Positions 47,220 through 59,557 of a DNA stretch of 64,000 nt are shown piece by piece (position 1 is the first letter of the stretch; each line of letters opens with the position of its first letter). The notes under the pieces were generated by a model. The model had not been told where the DNA came from and ran no database searches. It saw only the letters and a list, made by a program, of their open reading frames with translations. The stretch is from an uncultured delta proteobacterium. GTDB taxonomy: Bacteria > Myxococcota_A > Polyangia > Polyangiales > Polyangiaceae. The stretch spans positions 896,001 to 960,000 of the forward strand of contig CAVOKF010000004.1 of NCBI GenBank assembly GCA_963696385.1, in the 5' to 3' direction. A program made the translations under genes and the position numbers.

Positions 47220-48014
47220 ATGGGCAGGGATCGCGCGTGCCTTTTCAGGCCGCACACCGTCACCTTCGATTGCTGGGAAACCTTGCTCACCGAGGCGGGG
47301 TCGGGCCAACGGCACTCGGCGCGTGCGGCTATCCTCTGCGCGCACACGGGCGCGGAGCCCGAGGCCGCGGAGGCCGCACTCCGCGACGCCTGGCGCGAGC
47401 ACCAGCTCTCTTGGCACCGGCGTAGGGCCTTCACGGGCCGCGACATGACAGTCGGGTGTCTGAACGCACTCAACGTGACGCTCGACTCGGCGAAGACCGA
47501 GCGACTCATCGACGAGCTGGAGTCGGAGATTCTCACGCACAACGTCGTTGCCATCGCGGGTTCGCGCGAGACGCTGGAAGCGCTCGCTCGCCGCGGCGTG
47601 CGCCGCGCGCTCATCTGCGACACGGGCTACACGCCCGGCCGCGTCGTGCGCCAGCTTCTCGCCCGGGTAGGCTTGCTCGAGTACCTCGAAGTGCAGGTGT
47701 TCTCTGACGAGGTGGGCGTCCCTAAGCCGCACGCGCTTGCGTTTAAGGCGGCCCTCGACGGCCTGGGCGTGGGCCCGCGCGGCGCCGTGCACGTCGGCGA
47801 CCTGCGGCGCAGCGATGTCGCCGGCGCCCGGGCGTACGGCATGGGCTCCGTGCGCATCACCGTGGAGAATGACGACGAGGCGGTCGACCCCGGACCCAAT
47901 GCGTCGGTCATCGGCTGCGGCGAGGCAGGCTGCAACCCGCGTTGCGATCGCCCCGAGGCGGACGCCCTCGTCGCGGACTATCGCGAACTCCGCGAACGGC
48001 TCGGCTTCGGATAA
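47220..48014 (+). CDS. HAD-superfamily hydrolase
   Basis: TFDCWETL (motif I), FSDEVGVPKP, HVGDLRRSDVAGA. Confidence 0.88.
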   Translation: MGRDRACLFRPHTVTFDCWETLLTEAGSGQRHSARAAILCAHTGAEPEAAEAALRDAWREHQLSWHRRRAFTGRDMTVGCLNALNVTLDSAKTERLIDELESEILTHNVVAIAGSRETLEALARRGVRRALICDTGYTPGRVVRQLLARVGLLEYLEVQVFSDEVGVPKPHALAFKAALDGLGVGPRGAVHVGDLRRSDVAGARAYGMGSVRITVENDDEAVDPGPNASVIGCGEAGCNPRCDRPEADALVADYRELRERLGFG

Positions 48015-48275
48015 ACCCCCAGGCGATGAAGCCTGGAGCCCGAAAGGCCCGCCGCGCCCGCAGGGGTTGGGGGCTCCGCACGCCCTGACGTCCTGTTAGC
48101 CCCGAGGACCCGAGAGAAGATCCAGACCATGCCTCCACCGGCTAGGCTAGTCGCTCTGCGCGGCCGATGGCCACCTGCCACGCTTCGTCCATCGTCGGGG
48201 CCGCGCGCGGGCAGCCTTGAGAATTCGGCGAGCGGGTGCGTCCCCATCGCCCCGGTCGCGTACACTGTTTTCCCC

Positions 48276-48815
48276 ATGAGCCTGTCTCTCCACTCGTTGG
48301 CGATAGAGACGTTCGTCCCCACGCTGCGCACGCTGTCCACGCTCCTCGACATGGGCGCATCCCACGCGGCCGAGAGGACGTTCGATCCGACGATTCTCGT
48401 TCAGGCCCGCCTGGCTCCGGACATGCTCCCGCTCGCGGCGCAGGTCAGGCTGGCCTGTCACCACGCGAAGGACGCGACCTCCCGCCTCGCGGGGCAGGGA
48501 GCAACGACGTACGGAGGCAACGACGCCACGATCGACGAGATGAAGGTGCGCATCGAGCAGACGATCGAGTTCATGCGGAGCACGCCGGCGGCTGCGTTCG
48601 AGGGGGCGGAGGATCGCGAGGTCGTGATCCCCGTAACCGGCTCCGAGCGGGACTTCCATATGAAGGGCTTCGAGCTACTGCGCGACTGGTCGCTGCCGCA
48701 CTTCTATTTTCACTATGTCACCGCCTACGACATCCTCCGCCACAACGGCGTCCTCATTGGAAAGCGGGACTATATGAGCCAGATCGGTCGGTACATCCGG
48801 CCGCGCGCCGTGTGA
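48276..48815 (+). CDS. DUF1993 family protein
   Basis: ARLAPDMLPL..QV, LPHFYFHYVTAYDILRHNGV.IGKRDY. Confidence 0.9.
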   Translation: MSLSLHSLAIETFVPTLRTLSTLLDMGASHAAERTFDPTILVQARLAPDMLPLAAQVRLACHHAKDATSRLAGQGATTYGGNDATIDEMKVRIEQTIEFMRSTPAAAFEGAEDREVVIPVTGSERDFHMKGFELLRDWSLPHFYFHYVTAYDILRHNGVLIGKRDYMSQIGRYIRPRAV

Positions 48816-48925
48816 CGCTCGTGAACGAGGTATCTCGTCGAGTTTCCGCTGGGGAGCCGGGAGCAATGCTTTCACTTCGCGCGGGAGGGGAGAGAGAACG
48901 GGCATGGGCTCGCTTCGAGGAGGGA

Positions 48926-49600
48926 CTATTCGGTCTTGAAGCCGACCTTGGCGTGGGTGCCGTCGCAGAGCGGCTTCTTTGATGACTGTCCGCATCGGCA
49001 CAGTGCTGCGCGCTCCGTCCGCAGGACCGTGCGCCCGGTGCCGGAGCAGATCTCGAGCGGCCCCTTGACACCGAGCGGTCCGTTCTGAAAAGGCGTGACC
49101 GTAAGCTCCCCGCCACGCACCGCGAGCGGCTCGCTAGGCTGCGTCGCCGGCTCGCCCGTCGCGTTGAACCCGGCAGCGACATGAGATCCGTCACAAAACG
49201 GCTTGTTCTTAGAGGCGCCGCAGCGGCACAGGGTCGCGCGGATCATCTTGCCGTGTCCCTCGATGGTGAGCGTCGCCTGGATCGCGATGGGGCCGTTCTC
49301 GCGGACGCGGGCAACGTTCACGGACGGCAGCGCCTCTGCGGGACCGCCGTCGGTCCGCTCGTAGGTGATCGCCCCCGAGGGGCACGCGCGGGCGATTGCC
49401 GCTAGCTCTTCGACCGGGATCCCGTCGGGCTCGAGCCACGGCCCCTGAACGTTTGCGCGGAACACCTCGGGGGCGCCGAGGACGCAGTGGCGCGAGTGGA
49501 TGCAGCGCCTCCCCTCGAAGCGGAGAAGAAGGTTCTTCCCGCGTGCCTGTTCGATGGCGGGCGTAAAGCTCGCGGCGGACGGATCGTTCGGATCGCTCAT
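48926..49600 (-). CDS. CDGSH iron-sulfur protein (divergent 4Fe-4S domain + two zf-CDGSH)
   Basis: CIHSRHC..CPSGA, LCRCGASKNKPFCDGSH, LCRCGQSSKKPLCDGTH. Confidence 0.92.
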   Translation of the reverse strand: MSDPNDPSAASFTPAIEQARGKNLLLRFEGRRCIHSRHCVLGAPEVFRANVQGPWLEPDGIPVEELAAIARACPSGAITYERTDGGPAEALPSVNVARVRENGPIAIQATLTIEGHGKMIRATLCRCGASKNKPFCDGSHVAAGFNATGEPATQPSEPLAVRGGELTVTPFQNGPLGVKGPLEICSGTGRTVLRTERAALCRCGQSSKKPLCDGTHAKVGFKTE

Positions 49601-49853
49601 GCGTGGCTTCCTTCCGTGGTTTCCTGCAGCCCATCGTGCCTCGCGCGACCGCGATGCGCGAGAGCCGTGTCGCCTTGTCCTCAGGCCGCCAGTGCCGCCG
49701 AATAGGGCTCCAAGCGAGCGCACGATTCGCGTGTGGAGAGCCGACGCGGGCAAACTGGTAGTTGAGCGGCAGATCGTCGCACCCGTTCCAAGTCAGCTTC
49801 GCCCCCGGACCAGGTCCACTCTCTCCTCGGCCGGATCGCCTATCTTTCGAGCC

Positions 49854-50777
49854 ATGACCCCGCTCACCTGCGCCCTCCACCGCCACGTCCCCGACGCGCC
49901 CAGAGTCGACCTCTTTTACGCGCCGCTGGCCTACGCTATCGAACAGCAGCTTGCGCGCGCGACGACGCGGCCGCTCGTTCTCGGCATCCAGGGCCCGCAG
50001 GGGAGCGGCAAATCCACGCTCGCGATGGCCCTCACGCAGGCCTTCGTGGACGTCGGAGCCCGGAGCGTCTCGATGTCGATCGACGACTTCTATCTCCCCA
50101 ACGCCGACCAGCGCGCCCTCGCCGCACGCTGGGCGGGAAACCGCTATCTCGAGCACCGCGGCGGCCCAGGAACGCACGACGTCGAGCTCGGGACTCGCGT
50201 CCTCGGCGAGCTCTGCGCGCTCGGGCCTGGCATGTCGACGCGCATGCCGATCTACGACAAGTCGGCGCAGGCCGGCCGGGGCGATCGCGCGCCGGAGAAT
50301 CAGTGGAGACGCACCGACGGACCTCTCGACCTCGTGCTCCTCGAAGGCTGGATGCTCGGCTTCTCGCCCCTGACGGACGAAGAGCTCGCGTCCACGCATG
50401 ATGCGGCGCTCCCGGTGGTAAACGATCTGCTGCGACCTTACGCGGCATGGACGCGCGCGCTCGATGCCTTCGTGCACCTCGACGTCGAAAAGCTCGAGAC
50501 CATCGTCGGCTGGCGCGTCGACGCAGAGCGCCATCGGCGCGAGCGCGGCGAGCAAGCGCTCAGCGACGACGATACACGGGACTACATCGAGCGCTTTCTG
50601 CCTATCTATCGGACATACGTACCGCGACTCCACGCCCACCCGCCGCGCGACGACTTCAAACACATCGTGCTCGGAGCCGATCGGATGCCCATCGCCACCT
50701 GCGTCAAACCGAAATACCGAGACCCGAACAACACCGCCGAGACGTGGGCGGTCACGGGGACGAAGTCGAAGTGGTAG
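49854..50777 (+). CDS. D-glycerate 3-kinase-like P-loop kinase (GLYK/Tda10 type)
   Basis: GIQGPQGSGKST, SIDDFYL, RGGPGTHD, PIYDKS..GRGDR, EGWMLGF. Confidence 0.85.
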   Translation: MTPLTCALHRHVPDAPRVDLFYAPLAYAIEQQLARATTRPLVLGIQGPQGSGKSTLAMALTQAFVDVGARSVSMSIDDFYLPNADQRALAARWAGNRYLEHRGGPGTHDVELGTRVLGELCALGPGMSTRMPIYDKSAQAGRGDRAPENQWRRTDGPLDLVLLEGWMLGFSPLTDEELASTHDAALPVVNDLLRPYAAWTRALDAFVHLDVEKLETIVGWRVDAERHRRERGEQALSDDDTRDYIERFLPIYRTYVPRLHAHPPRDDFKHIVLGADRMPIATCVKPKYRDPNNTAETWAVTGTKSKW

Positions 50778-50968
50778 GAGTCGTCACGGCACGAAGGTTC
50801 GCTGGCCATATCTTCTTTTATTCGCGACCGGCGGCGTGACGCCGCGGCCATGGTCACGAAGGTCGATGACCTTCTGACGCCCTCTGCCGCCTGCCAGCGC
50901 GAGCGTAAGCCCCTTACGCGCAGCCTGTGCTGGTAGGCGACGCTGGTCCGCAAGGTAAGATCGACCTC

Positions 50969-51808
50969 ATGCCGAGCCAATTGCGGTCTGTCGCCGACGT
51001 CGCTTACGAACGCGTTCGTGAGGTCGCGCTGCGCTTCCCGGCGGCCGAGGAGAAGCTCTCGCACGGGGCCCCGTCGTTCCACGTGCGCGGGAAGATGTTC
51101 CTCACGTTCGTCGACGACCACCACGGCGACGGGCGCATCGCTGTGTGGTGCAAGGCCACGTTTGACGATCAGCGCAGGCTCGTCGCCGGCAACCCGGCAC
51201 GATTCTTCGTCCCGCCCTACGTCGGGGTGAAGGCGTGGGTCGGCGTGAAGGTAGACGAGGCGAGCGCCGACTGGATCGAACTGGCGATCCTGGTCGAGGA
51301 TGCGTGGAGGTCGGTCGCGCCGCCGCGCGTGCTCCGTGGCGAGCCGGTCTCGAGCGCGGCGCTCGGCGGGCCGGCCCCCGCCCGCATACAGACCGATGCG
51401 AAGGTCGCGCAGCGAGCGTTCAAGCGCCTGTCGGCCATTTGCCTGGCGTTGCCGGAGGCGGTCTGCGAACGCGAGGGACGCCATGCAGCGTTCCGCGTGC
51501 GAAGCAAGGTGTTCGCCTACTTTCTCGACAATCACCATGGCGATGGGGCGATCGCGGCGTGCCTCAAAAGCGACAAGCGCGAGAACGCACGCCTCGTCGC
51601 TCGGGACCCGAAGCACTTTTATTCGCCCGCGTACGTCGGCCCGCGCGGCTACCTGGGCGTGCGCCTCGACGCCGCCGCCGTCGACTGGGACGCCATCGCG
51701 GTGCGCGTGCGCGCGAGTTACAGGAGCGTCGCGCCCAGGCGCCTCGTGGCCGGCGGCCAAGACGACGGAACCGGCCGGGCGGCCGGGGTAGTGTCTCAGC
51801 GTAAGTAA
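50969..51808 (+). CDS. Tandem MmcQ/YjbR-domain protein
   Basis: Two copies of F.VR.K.F..F.D.HHGDG.IA...P.YVG.. Confidence 0.85.
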   Translation: MPSQLRSVADVAYERVREVALRFPAAEEKLSHGAPSFHVRGKMFLTFVDDHHGDGRIAVWCKATFDDQRRLVAGNPARFFVPPYVGVKAWVGVKVDEASADWIELAILVEDAWRSVAPPRVLRGEPVSSAALGGPAPARIQTDAKVAQRAFKRLSAICLALPEAVCEREGRHAAFRVRSKVFAYFLDNHHGDGAIAACLKSDKRENARLVARDPKHFYSPAYVGPRGYLGVRLDAAAVDWDAIAVRVRASYRSVAPRRLVAGGQDDGTGRAAGVVSQRK

Positions 51809-53262
51809 TTGACGAGCGGAGTGATGTTGAGCTGCTGAATGGCAGTACGGATAAAGCCCACGTTGATGGCAGCCCCCTGTGCGTTGGTGTGAGTTGCGTC
51901 GGCGCCAGGACCGGGACCGCCGGCGTGATACGCCTGCCAGCCGTTGGGGCCCACCTGCTCGAGCCAGGCCGAAGTGGAAGCTGTAAGGTCGATAAGCGGT
52001 ACGTTCATTTGTTGGGCGATCATCCGGGTGATCTCGGGGATGTTGGCGCCCGCACTGCTTATAAACTGCGGCTGCAGAGTCGTCCCCGTGAACGTCGCGC
52101 GCGCGATCGGTGTCAGGAGCACAGGATTGGCCTTTGCCGCGAGGGTGTCCGTCACGTATTTTGTCATGTTCGCCTGGAAATCCGCGGCGGATATCGTCTT
52201 GTCGTTGTGGCCAAACTCGATGAAAATGAAGTCGTTTGGCTTTACGACTTTCATGATCGCCGGCCAGAGGCCTTCGTTGCCCACAAAGCTCGCAGAGCTC
52301 TCGCCGGAGTCCGCGTAGTTGGACACCGACACGCCCAGGTGAAAAATTTGCGGCAGAACCTGGCCGTAACCGGCAAAATCCGGATACCCGTACTGGTCGC
52401 ACACGGTCGAATCGCCCGCCACGTAAAGGACGATGTCCGACGCGGCCGCGGGAGCAAAGCCAATCGAAGTGATGACCGGTGCCGGACCATTGAACAAGAG
52501 ATCGAGGCCTTGCTCGCCATACTGCGGCGAGCCGGCCGCCAGATTATGCTGGAAATCTTCCTGCGGCTCCCCCTCCGGCCAGCGGACGTTGATCGAAAAT
52601 GCGTAACGTTTCGTTTGGCCCGCCGTGGTGTCTTCCTCGGGCACGATGGGGCGATGCATTTCGGCCTCCACGGAGGTCTGTCCAGCGTTAGGGCCTCCTA
52701 ACTCGAAAGTCACATCATAGTTGCCCACGGCTCCCGCCGGGCTGCTGCCCGCGGAACAAGAGCTAAATTCCATACCCGAGCACTGCACGCCAAAGAAGCA
52801 GTGAATCGGTGAAGTCCCAGTGCAATAGGACAAATTGGCTGCACTTGGCGTCGGCCCCCCGGTGAGGTCCGTCCCACTGGGGGCAAGGACGATCGAGCCA
52901 TCGTCCGCGCCCCCCCCGACGACTGGCGCGGTGGCATCCGTGATTCCGCCAACGCCCAGATTGTTATCGGTATTCGCGGCATCCGTGTCGAGGCCCTCTA
53001 CCGCCGTCTGACCTGAGGACGACGAACTCGTGCTGGCTCCAATCGGCGTCGTCGCGGGTTGGCTGCTGACCGTGGACCCAGCGGAACCAGCCGAGCTCGA
53101 AGCAAGCGATGCCGCGGTCCCCCCAGACTGCGAGCTCGCGGCTTCGCTGGTTGCCTTTGGCTCCGATGAGGAACACCCTCCGAGGGAGATCGCAAGCCAG
53201 GTCTGCAAGGACGCACTGGCCGCCAGGAGCACGGAGCGACGGACACGATTCGCATGAAACAT
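51796..53262 (-). CDS. Rhamnogalacturonan acetylesterase-like SGNH hydrolase lipoprotein (CE12)
   Basis: SLGGC lipobox, AGDSTV, NYADSGES, EFGHND, DATH. Confidence 0.85.
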   Translation of the reverse strand: MFHANRVRRSVLLAASASLQTWLAISLGGCSSSEPKATSEAASSQSGGTAASLASSSAGSAGSTVSSQPATTPIGASTSSSSSGQTAVEGLDTDAANTDNNLGVGGITDATAPVVGGGADDGSIVLAPSGTDLTGGPTPSAANLSYCTGTSPIHCFFGVQCSGMEFSSCSAGSSPAGAVGNYDVTFELGGPNAGQTSVEAEMHRPIVPEEDTTAGQTKRYAFSINVRWPEGEPQEDFQHNLAAGSPQYGEQGLDLLFNGPAPVITSIGFAPAAASDIVLYVAGDSTVCDQYGYPDFAGYGQVLPQIFHLGVSVSNYADSGESSASFVGNEGLWPAIMKVVKPNDFIFIEFGHNDKTISAADFQANMTKYVTDTLAAKANPVLLTPIARATFTGTTLQPQFISSAGANIPEITRMIAQQMNVPLIDLTASTSAWLEQVGPNGWQAYHAGGPGPGADATHTNAQGAAINVGFIRTAIQQLNITPLVNYLR

Positions 53263-53805
53263 ACCGAACCTCGTTCTGCGGGCGTTCCGCAAACAACAAC
53301 CCTGGCAACGGCCGAGTCGCCGTCCGGTATCCGGTGGCCCTTGGAATAGCTCACGCAACCGCGTGGGCACGACGCGAAACATGCGCTTCCTCGACCGTCG
53401 AACCGCATTCACGGAAAAAAACAATGGTGCGGCTCGGCGGCAGTCCGGCCCGGCGTTGCCGTCGACCTGCTGCGCACGAAACGTTGTGCTGCAGGTCAAC
53501 GGACCGTTCGATAGGCGTTGCCGTGTCGCCGGAGTGAGTGTGGTCACGACGATGGACGGGAATTCGGTCGAGAAGATGGCAGCGGCCGTGGCAGTCCCAC
53601 GCCGCAACGACATCCAGCCCGGCGAGCGGTTTTTGCCGACGCCTCGGAGATCGAGCTGGGTGGCGTGCTCACACATGGTCGCCCTCGAAACGATCGAGTC
53701 CGCCGGCGATCACGATCTTTTCGCGTTCACGTGGCAAGCCGAGACATGCTCGATTTGACGGATTCCTTATGCGGTCATGCCTACGCTTCTCGCTTGGAGG
53801 TACTC

Positions 53806-54171
53806 ATGAATTGCATCAATCGCAGAGGAGGCGTATCGCGGATCGTGTCGTGGGCCGTAGCCCTCGGGCTGGCTGCCGGCTCAGCCGGTTGCATGGACAA
53901 TTCCGTGGGAGTCCAGAGCGCGGCCACCGAGACGGCGAAGCTCGATCGGCATTTCGTCCGCGAGGGCCGCGAGCTCAGCGAACTCCGTGTTACCGCGGCC
54001 ACGGCCGCCGAGCCGGCCAACTCCAATCGGCATTTCCGCCGCGAGGGCCGCGAGCTCCATGTCAGTGCGGCCCCCGAGACGGCGAAGCCCGATGGGGCCC
54101 AGCGATCGGAATCTGAGAACCGCGGCACGCTCGAGGTCAGCTCGACGGTTGAAGCACACGACGGCCGGTGA
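53806..54171 (+). CDS. Small lipoprotein with internal peptide repeats
   Basis: GGAGG RBS, SAGC lipobox, RHFxREGREL twice and SAAxETAK twice. Confidence 0.65.
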   Translation: MNCINRRGGVSRIVSWAVALGLAAGSAGCMDNSVGVQSAATETAKLDRHFVREGRELSELRVTAATAAEPANSNRHFRREGRELHVSAAPETAKPDGAQRSESENRGTLEVSSTVEAHDGR

Positions 54172-54344
54172 GGGGTCGACGACCACGTTCTTGTCCATCC
54201 GTTGGGCCGCACGCCGCGGGCGCGGTCGAGGGGAACCGGCACCTCGTGCCGTGGGTCGAGATCCGGCGGACGAGACCTCGAAGGGGGGCAGCGTCGAGCA
54301 ATCGAGACGATTCCATCGATACCCGGCAGAACGCCTCGCGACGA

Positions 54345-56630
<2,286 letters not shown>

Positions 56631-57172
56631 TTGCCTTAAACCCCCCGGCGCTCCCTTGCGTGCAAACCGATCCATCGATGCCACCCGTCCTCTCGCCACC
56701 GACCGTTCGGCGCCGAACCTCACAAAGTGGGGGTACACCAACCCCGGAAGAACTCCATTGCGAACGATTGCATGCTCGGGGCTCGCCCCTGTCGCCATGG
56801 GCGCTCGGGGCCCGGCGGCGGCGGACGAGCGAGGCCGTTGTGCACGCGGGCCTTGAGCGTTTGCATCGTCGTCAAAGTCCAATCCTCCTTGGTCTCCGCG
56901 GCGGGCTGACCATCAGCTCGGCGGCGCCGCGTGGCGGCTGCGAAGGATGCCTTGCCGCGCATGGTGATCGTCCCGTCTGCCGCCCAGGACCGGTCGATCT
57001 TTGCGCTCGATGCGTCAGCGCACCACCGGCGCCTCGCGTGCCTTTTCGCGACCTTCGAAGGTCGTCGGCACCGCTACGGTCACTTGGGGACGCGCGTCCC
57101 TCAAGAACCCCGGCGACGACCCGGTCGGCGTAGCTTTTCTGGACGAAGCGGTCCGCTGATAGTCTCCTTGCG

Positions 57173-57766
57173 GTGCGCGAATACTACGACGCCCGAGCGG
57201 ACCAGTACGATGACTGGTGGCTCGGCAAAGGACTGTTCGCGGAGCGCCTACGCCCAGGCTGGTTCGAGGAAGTCCTCGGGTTGGCAGGAGTGCTCTCGGC
57301 GCTCCCGGCGGCGCGCACCCTCGACCTCGCGTGCGGCACGGGGTTCCTGACTCGGTTTCTGCATGGCGAGGTCGTCGGAATCGACCAGTCCGCCGCGATG
57401 CTTCGAATTGCCAAGGCGCGGGCGCCCAACGCGAAGTTTATCCAGGGAGACGCATTCGAGCTGCCGTTCTCGGTGGCCTCATTCGACCGCGTGGTCGCGG
57501 GTCACTTCTACGGCCATCTCGAAGAAGTGCAGCGCGCTCGTTTTCTATCCGAAGTCCGCCGCGTGGCACGCGAGTTCGTGATCGTCGATGCAGCTCTTCG
57601 TGACGACGTCGAGGCCGCTGAGTGGCAGGAGAGGGTACTGAACAACGGCTCTCGCTGGCGCGTTTACAAGAGGTATTTCGCACCTGCTGCGCTGGTGTCC
57701 GAGGTCGGCGAAGGCGATATCCTGTTTGCGGGCCGTTGGTTCGTGGTCGTTCGTTCGCGCTGGTAA
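57173..57766 (+). CDS. Class I SAM-dependent methyltransferase
   Basis: YYDARADQYDDWW, LDLACGTG, GIDQS, GDAFELPF. Confidence 0.88.
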   Translation: MREYYDARADQYDDWWLGKGLFAERLRPGWFEEVLGLAGVLSALPAARTLDLACGTGFLTRFLHGEVVGIDQSAAMLRIAKARAPNAKFIQGDAFELPFSVASFDRVVAGHFYGHLEEVQRARFLSEVRRVAREFVIVDAALRDDVEAAEWQERVLNNGSRWRVYKRYFAPAALVSEVGEGDILFAGRWFVVVRSRW

Positions 57767-58339
57767 TCCATTCATGCGGGCGCGGTTGATTCAACCGAGC
57801 TTGGCGTCTCGGCTTGTTCCGGCACGGACCGCGCGCTGCCGGTCGGTCCCGGGTTACACGGCCAGAGACGGGCGAAATTGCCGGTAATCGGAAAGGATCG
57901 TCAGACTGCGAACCCGACCACGAGCGTGTTGCGCCAGCCCCGTTCGAAGGTCTGGGCGGCTTGATGAGCAGCGTGATGAGGATGCACCCTGCGGTGAAGG
58001 CGTGCACGGTGACGGCGCTCGCGTTCTTGCCTGACGCTCTACGGGGGTGGCAGTCGGCCCGATCCCCACCCGACAACGGCGTGTACTACGACGGCAATGC
58101 CTTGCACGGGAGATCGGTGAACGCCTCGAGGCGGGCCTCGCAACGGGCGCTCCCGTCCGCATCTTTCCATCCAAACATTTCGGAGAAATTCTCGACCTTC
58201 AGGGAATCCTCGCGGCTGCGGGGAGCCTCCTCGAGTGGGAACGCAAGCCGTAGTGCGGTCCGCCGCAACGTCGAACATTGGCCCGACGCGTGGAACCGAT
58301 CGCGCTTCGGGCGTAAGCTCGCGCGTGGATGGAGTGACC

Positions 58340-59155
58340 GTGACCGACGCCCACGATCCGTTTGCGCAGTTCAAGGCCATGCAGCGGGAGGGCTGGAACC
58401 TCTTTCTGCCGCTTGAGCAGTTCACGATGATCCCGGCGGGCAAGCTCGTCGCCTTCGCCAAGGTGGTGCCCGGACAGGCCGTGCTCGACGTGGCGTGCGG
58501 CACGGGCGTCGTCGCGATCACGGCTGCGCGCGCGGGAGCGAGGGTGCACGCGCTCGACCTGTCACCCGCCCTGCTGGATCGCGCGAGAGAAAACGCGCGC
58601 GTCACAGGCGTCGAGGTCGACTTCGTGGCGGGCGACGCGGAGGCGCTCCCATACCCCGACGCCGCATTCGACGTCGTGCTCAGCCAGTTCGGGCACATGT
58701 TCGCGCCGCGGCCGGAGGTCGCGGTCGCCGAGATGATGCGCGTGCTCAAGCCGGGCGGGCGCGTCGCGTTCGCGACCTGGCCTCCGGATCACTTCACTGG
58801 CCGTATGTTCGCCCTCCTCGGCCAATACGTGCCACCCCCGCCTGCCGGCGCGCCTTCGCCCGCGCCGCCGCCGCAGTGGGGTGATCCGAACGTGGTGCGC
58901 GAGCGCCTCGGCGCGCGGGTGAATGACCTGGTCTTTGAGCGCGACATACTCGTCGCCCCGACGCTCGGCCCGAGCTACTCGCGCCAATTCATGGAGGCGA
59001 CGCTCGGCCCGCTGGCGAAGCTCGTGTCCGCCCTCCAAGGCGACCCGCTCCGGCTGGCGCAGCTGCGCGCGGAGCTCGAGCGGCTCTTCACCGAGATCAT
59101 CCACGGCAACGAGCAGCGCCAGCATTTTCTGATGTCGCGCGCGACGAAGGTCTGA
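58340..59155 (+). CDS. Class I SAM-dependent methyltransferase (UbiE-like)
   Basis: LDVACGTG, GDAEALPYPDAAFDVV, RVLKPGG. Confidence 0.9.
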   Translation: MTDAHDPFAQFKAMQREGWNLFLPLEQFTMIPAGKLVAFAKVVPGQAVLDVACGTGVVAITAARAGARVHALDLSPALLDRARENARVTGVEVDFVAGDAEALPYPDAAFDVVLSQFGHMFAPRPEVAVAEMMRVLKPGGRVAFATWPPDHFTGRMFALLGQYVPPPPAGAPSPAPPPQWGDPNVVRERLGARVNDLVFERDILVAPTLGPSYSRQFMEATLGPLAKLVSALQGDPLRLAQLRAELERLFTEIIHGNEQRQHFLMSRATKV

Positions 59156-59165
59156 GCGCAGCTCC

Positions 59166-59519
59166 TTGCCCCCGCCCATCGCATGTCAGCTTGGGGTCTT
59201 CGACGAGAGCGAGCTCGGTCGCTATCGTATGAGCCGCTCGAAAGTCGAAGGCTACGTGGTGCGCATCGAGGAACTGCCGGACGGTGCGCGCATCGTTCTG
59301 CCAGGCAACGACGAGATGCTCGCACTTGTCACTGAGTGGATTGCCCTTGAACGGCGCTGTTGTCCGTTCCTCTCGTTTACTATTTCGGTCAGTGGCGCAG
59401 ATACCGAGATGGGCGTGGCCATCACCGGCGACGAGGAAGTGAAGCGGTTTTTGGACGGTGAGTTCGCGAGTGGTTCTCGCAAGCCGCGGGAGCTCGTCTC
59501 GCTTCGTCGCCGAAAATAA
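59166..59519 (+). CDS. Conserved hypothetical protein with PIAC and ERxCCPF motifs
   Basis: PIACQL...EELPDG...ERRCCPFLSF; TTG start uncertain. Confidence 0.7.
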   Translation: MPPPIACQLGVFDESELGRYRMSRSKVEGYVVRIEELPDGARIVLPGNDEMLALVTEWIALERRCCPFLSFTISVSGADTEMGVAITGDEEVKRFLDGEFASGSRKPRELVSLRRRK

Positions 59520-59557
59520 GTGCGACACGGACCGATCTCGACCACCCTTCTTGGACC

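Noticed and set aside
53363..53758. 131-aa ORF between the SGNH esterase and the repeat lipoprotein; likewise 57814-58416
   Set aside because: No motifs or RBS; probably intergenic or unrecognisable debris
56720..56866. Antitoxin-like ORF starting MQTLKARVHNG
   Set aside because: Only about 11 residues resemble that family; too short to call
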